This document shows, in pieces, positions 61,639 through 64,000 of a DNA stretch of 64,000 nucleotides (positions are counted from its first letter, which is position 1; each line of letters opens with the position of its first letter). Made by a program: the position numbers and the translations under genes. The stretch comes from Spizellomyces punctatus DAOM BR117 (Eukaryota), in NCBI GenBank assembly GCA_000182565.2, contig KQ257456.1; one strand, given 5' to 3'. The notes under the pieces are model-generated. The model saw only the letters and a list, made by a program, of their open reading frames with translations. It had not been told where the DNA came from and did not search any database.

Positions 61639-63600
61639 TCAAACAGCGACCTTTTTAATATTCTTAAAGATAGGGAGACGATGTCCGGCATCCGAATAAG
61701 ATTGAGCTTCATCCTCGTTCAAGGTATCCTCCTCTATGATCGTCTCACGCACAGGCGAAGGATGTCCAGACGGAGGGGGTGACAGGAGCTGAGCATGCTG
61801 CTGATATGTCATGCCTTTCGAGGTGGCATACGCCGTAGACGGGCTCGAAGGCGACAAATAGTGCTGTTCGGTAATCATGCCTGTCGAAGGGTCAATATGG
61901 AGCGGGCTCCCGGGTAAAAATCCGCTAAAGCTCTCGGAACGTCCTTTTACCCATGAGCGCTGGTTGGGAGTAATGAGCGTACTAGGCTGCGTCACTGAGC
62001 GAGCGCGACGGGTTCTTTCACGAGGTGGCGTCGCCATCGCATTGGAAGAGGTCGAATGAACACTGGGTATATGGTTTCCGCTCGCCATGGCATCGTACAT
62101 GACCGAATTGGGGACTGGAGGAGCAAGCAGATGCGGTTGGACATGATGAGGGTATAAGTCAGAGTAGTTGGCTGCCTCCTCGGCAAAAGTGACTTCATGA
62201 CGCATTTCGGCATAGCTCAGTCGACGTTGTTCCGTATAGCCAGCTAACGGAAGTGAGACCATGCCCACCTCCGTAGGGGAGCCGAGGCGTGTATCACGGA
62301 GCATCTTGTTGAGATGCTCAACATCTTGATCTTGTTGAGCGCTATAACCGTCCGCCATCGGGGCAATGTCTACCGACGGTCGACGGCCAGAAAAGTAGGC
62401 ATCGGCAATGGCGCGGTGGTCATAGAGATGCGTCGGAGCTGCCGTAACAGACTTTGGCGGAGCTGAATTGACAAACGTTGCATGCGTGGGCGACTGCACA
62501 TTGTCGTCAGGCTCATCACCCACCCCCATGGTGCTCTCATGGCTGCTAGACAGCGTACGAGCGCGATCCCTTGTTTGCACAGATAGGCCAGCTGCCTTTT
62601 CATCACCCGGCTTGCGAATAACGATAAGCTTCTTATCAATGTCTTGAAGTTTCTTCTCTACATCTTTCTCAGTATGGATGAAACAACACCGCTTGCCATA
62701 CGGACAGGTGCCTTTCTCCCAGAAAGTCTTGCACATTTCGGTCTTGTATTTGGGATGACGATCCACAGGCCGGAGCTCTGTTTCAGAGTGCGCAAACTGA
62801 CACTTGTTTCCATAGCGGCAAGTACCAGTTTCCTCCCAGGAGCGACAGAGCTCAGTCTTGTATAAACTCATCTTCTTCAGCTCTCGGTCAATCTTTGTAG
62901 GGCTACCAGAAGCTGTCGTTTCGCCAGAGCCTCGACGTTCGGTCGTAGCTGAGCCACTTGAGGTAGAGCCGTCAGAGGTCACTGAGCGCTTCCGCGTGTA
63001 AGGAGGGCGAGTCGCCGGAGGAGAAGGGAGTGGAGCGGAATTATAGGGGCGTGCACCTGCCATATAACGGGCTGGCACATTACCCAAATGGCTGTTAACA
63101 CTGGCAGTTGTAAGCTGGTGCTGATGCATCAACAAGGCATGTGCGGTAGGAGTGAAAGCTCCTAGAGCCATTTGTGGAGTTTGCGGGGTGGCCAATCCTC
63201 CTAGTGCGTAAGAGGGGCGGACAGCGGCGTAAGGAGTACCGGGTAAGGAGGCAGAGTTCATGACCAGAGCGTCTTGATAGGCAGCCGCTGCTGCAGCGTA
63301 TGCGGCAACATCTGGATGAAGGGCAGCGGAAGTATCTTCGGTATCGATGGGTAAGCCATTCTTCATAGCAAAGTCGTGGTTAGCGGAAGGACGTCGAACG
63401 CGACTAGCACCCGTTGAAGAGGCAGGATCGAACATCCTTGCCTCTCGACTATAATTGTCTTGCTGCATTTCCCTGACGCTCGGGCGGCGATGGGTCAATG
63501 GTCCCCCTTCAGAAGGCGCCATCTCATACGACGGAACATCATACAGCTTTCCCTCACCCATGGTCGGATGGCGCGGTCGTTGCTGAAGCAAGATGCTCAT
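61639..63600 (-). CDS. CTH1: Tristetraprolin/Tis11/Cth-type tandem CCCH zinc-finger mRNA decay factor, single exon
   Basis: [26 protein letters not shown] and [27 protein letters not shown]-terminal RLPIF NOT1-binding motif. Confidence 0.93.
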   Translation of the reverse strand: MSILLQQRPRHPTMGEGKLYDVPSYEMAPSEGGPLTHRRPSVREMQQDNYSREARMFDPASSTGASRVRRPSANHDFAMKNGLPIDTEDTSAALHPDVAAYAAAAAAYQDALVMNSASLPGTPYAAVRPSYALGGLATPQTPQMALGAFTPTAHALLMHQHQLTTASVNSHLGNVPARYMAGARPYNSAPLPSPPATRPPYTRKRSVTSDGSTSSGSATTERRGSGETTASGSPTKIDRELKKMSLYKTELCRSWEETGTCRYGNKCQFAHSETELRPVDRHPKYKTEMCKTFWEKGTCPYGKRCCFIHTEKDVEKKLQDIDKKLIVIRKPGDEKAAGLSVQTRDRARTLSSSHESTMGVGDEPDDNVQSPTHATFVNSAPPKSVTAAPTHLYDHRAIADAYFSGRRPSVDIAPMADGYSAQQDQDVEHLNKMLRDTRLGSPTEVGMVSLPLAGYTEQRRLSYAEMRHEVTFAEEAANYSDLYPHHVQPHLLAPPVPNSVMYDAMASGNHIPSVHSTSSNAMATPPRERTRRARSVTQPSTLITPNQRSWVKGRSESFSGFLPGSPLHIDPSTGMITEQHYLSPSSPSTAYATSKGMTYQQHAQLLSPPPSGHPSPVRETIIEEDTLNEDEAQSYSDAGHRLPIFKNIKKVAV

Positions 63601-64000
63601 AAAGTTGGCTTAAAAGGTGAAAGGCAGGCGACGTCTAGCTGCAGTTGCTAGGTGTTGTCTGGGACGGGGTGAGCAAGGGACAAGCGTTTGAAAGGAGAAA
63701 GATTGCTACAGAACGTGACAACAAGAAGAGATCAATAAACAGCGTGACAAGTCTGATAAACAACCAACAACGTACCAGAGAGGCTTTACAAAGCCAGTAG
63801 AATATTTGTCAATACAATCTGACAAGCGACAAGGGATACAAGGCAACCAAGAGCCGTTTTAGGTAAACACTTTTATCCAGGACGTGCCGAAACCACAGGA
63901 ATAGAAAGGAAATACAAGGGAGAGCCTAGTTAGCGGTGGAGAGGAGACAAGGAGAAAAGGTGGACCATGGGCATGACAAGACAGACAAGGGAGGTCACAA

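Overview
Compact, intron-rich eukaryotic genomic DNA with short GT-AG introns and one 100-N assembly gap. An axonemal dynein intermediate chain (DNAI2) together with a fungal PacC/Rim101 factor points to a zoosporic fungus, most likely a chytrid (inference). About 25 protein genes were read from the sequence: Air1/2 zinc-knuckle protein, EEP phosphodiesterase, DNAI2, a large coiled-coil protein, GH8 hydrolase, urease, PacC, three tandem orphan paralogues, subtilisin, m-AAA protease, a 7TM protein, RhoGAP, NmrA-like protein, fatty-acid-hydroxylase-family protein, lipase, GNAT, GMC oxidoreductase, CLC transporter, SF1B helicase, homeodomain protein, CBM48 protein, RtcB and a TTP/Cth-type CCCH protein, plus tRNA-Leu(AAG). 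Most notable: (1) a spliced, catalytically intact RtcB of the bacterial PrfH-coupled type fused to an N-terminal DCX/ubiquitin-like module, near a helicase carrying a degenerate exonuclease-like domain; (2) a CLC whose gating-glutamate motif reads GAQGP instead of GKEGP; (3) an intron-containing, signal-less GH8b-type enzyme; (4) a tandem triplication of an orphan gene with PxY motif, coiled coil and an X-box-like intronic palindrome, a piece of which reappears inverted inside pacC next to the gap. Gene models were spliced by eye, so some exon boundaries and 5' ends are approximate, and no database searches were run.
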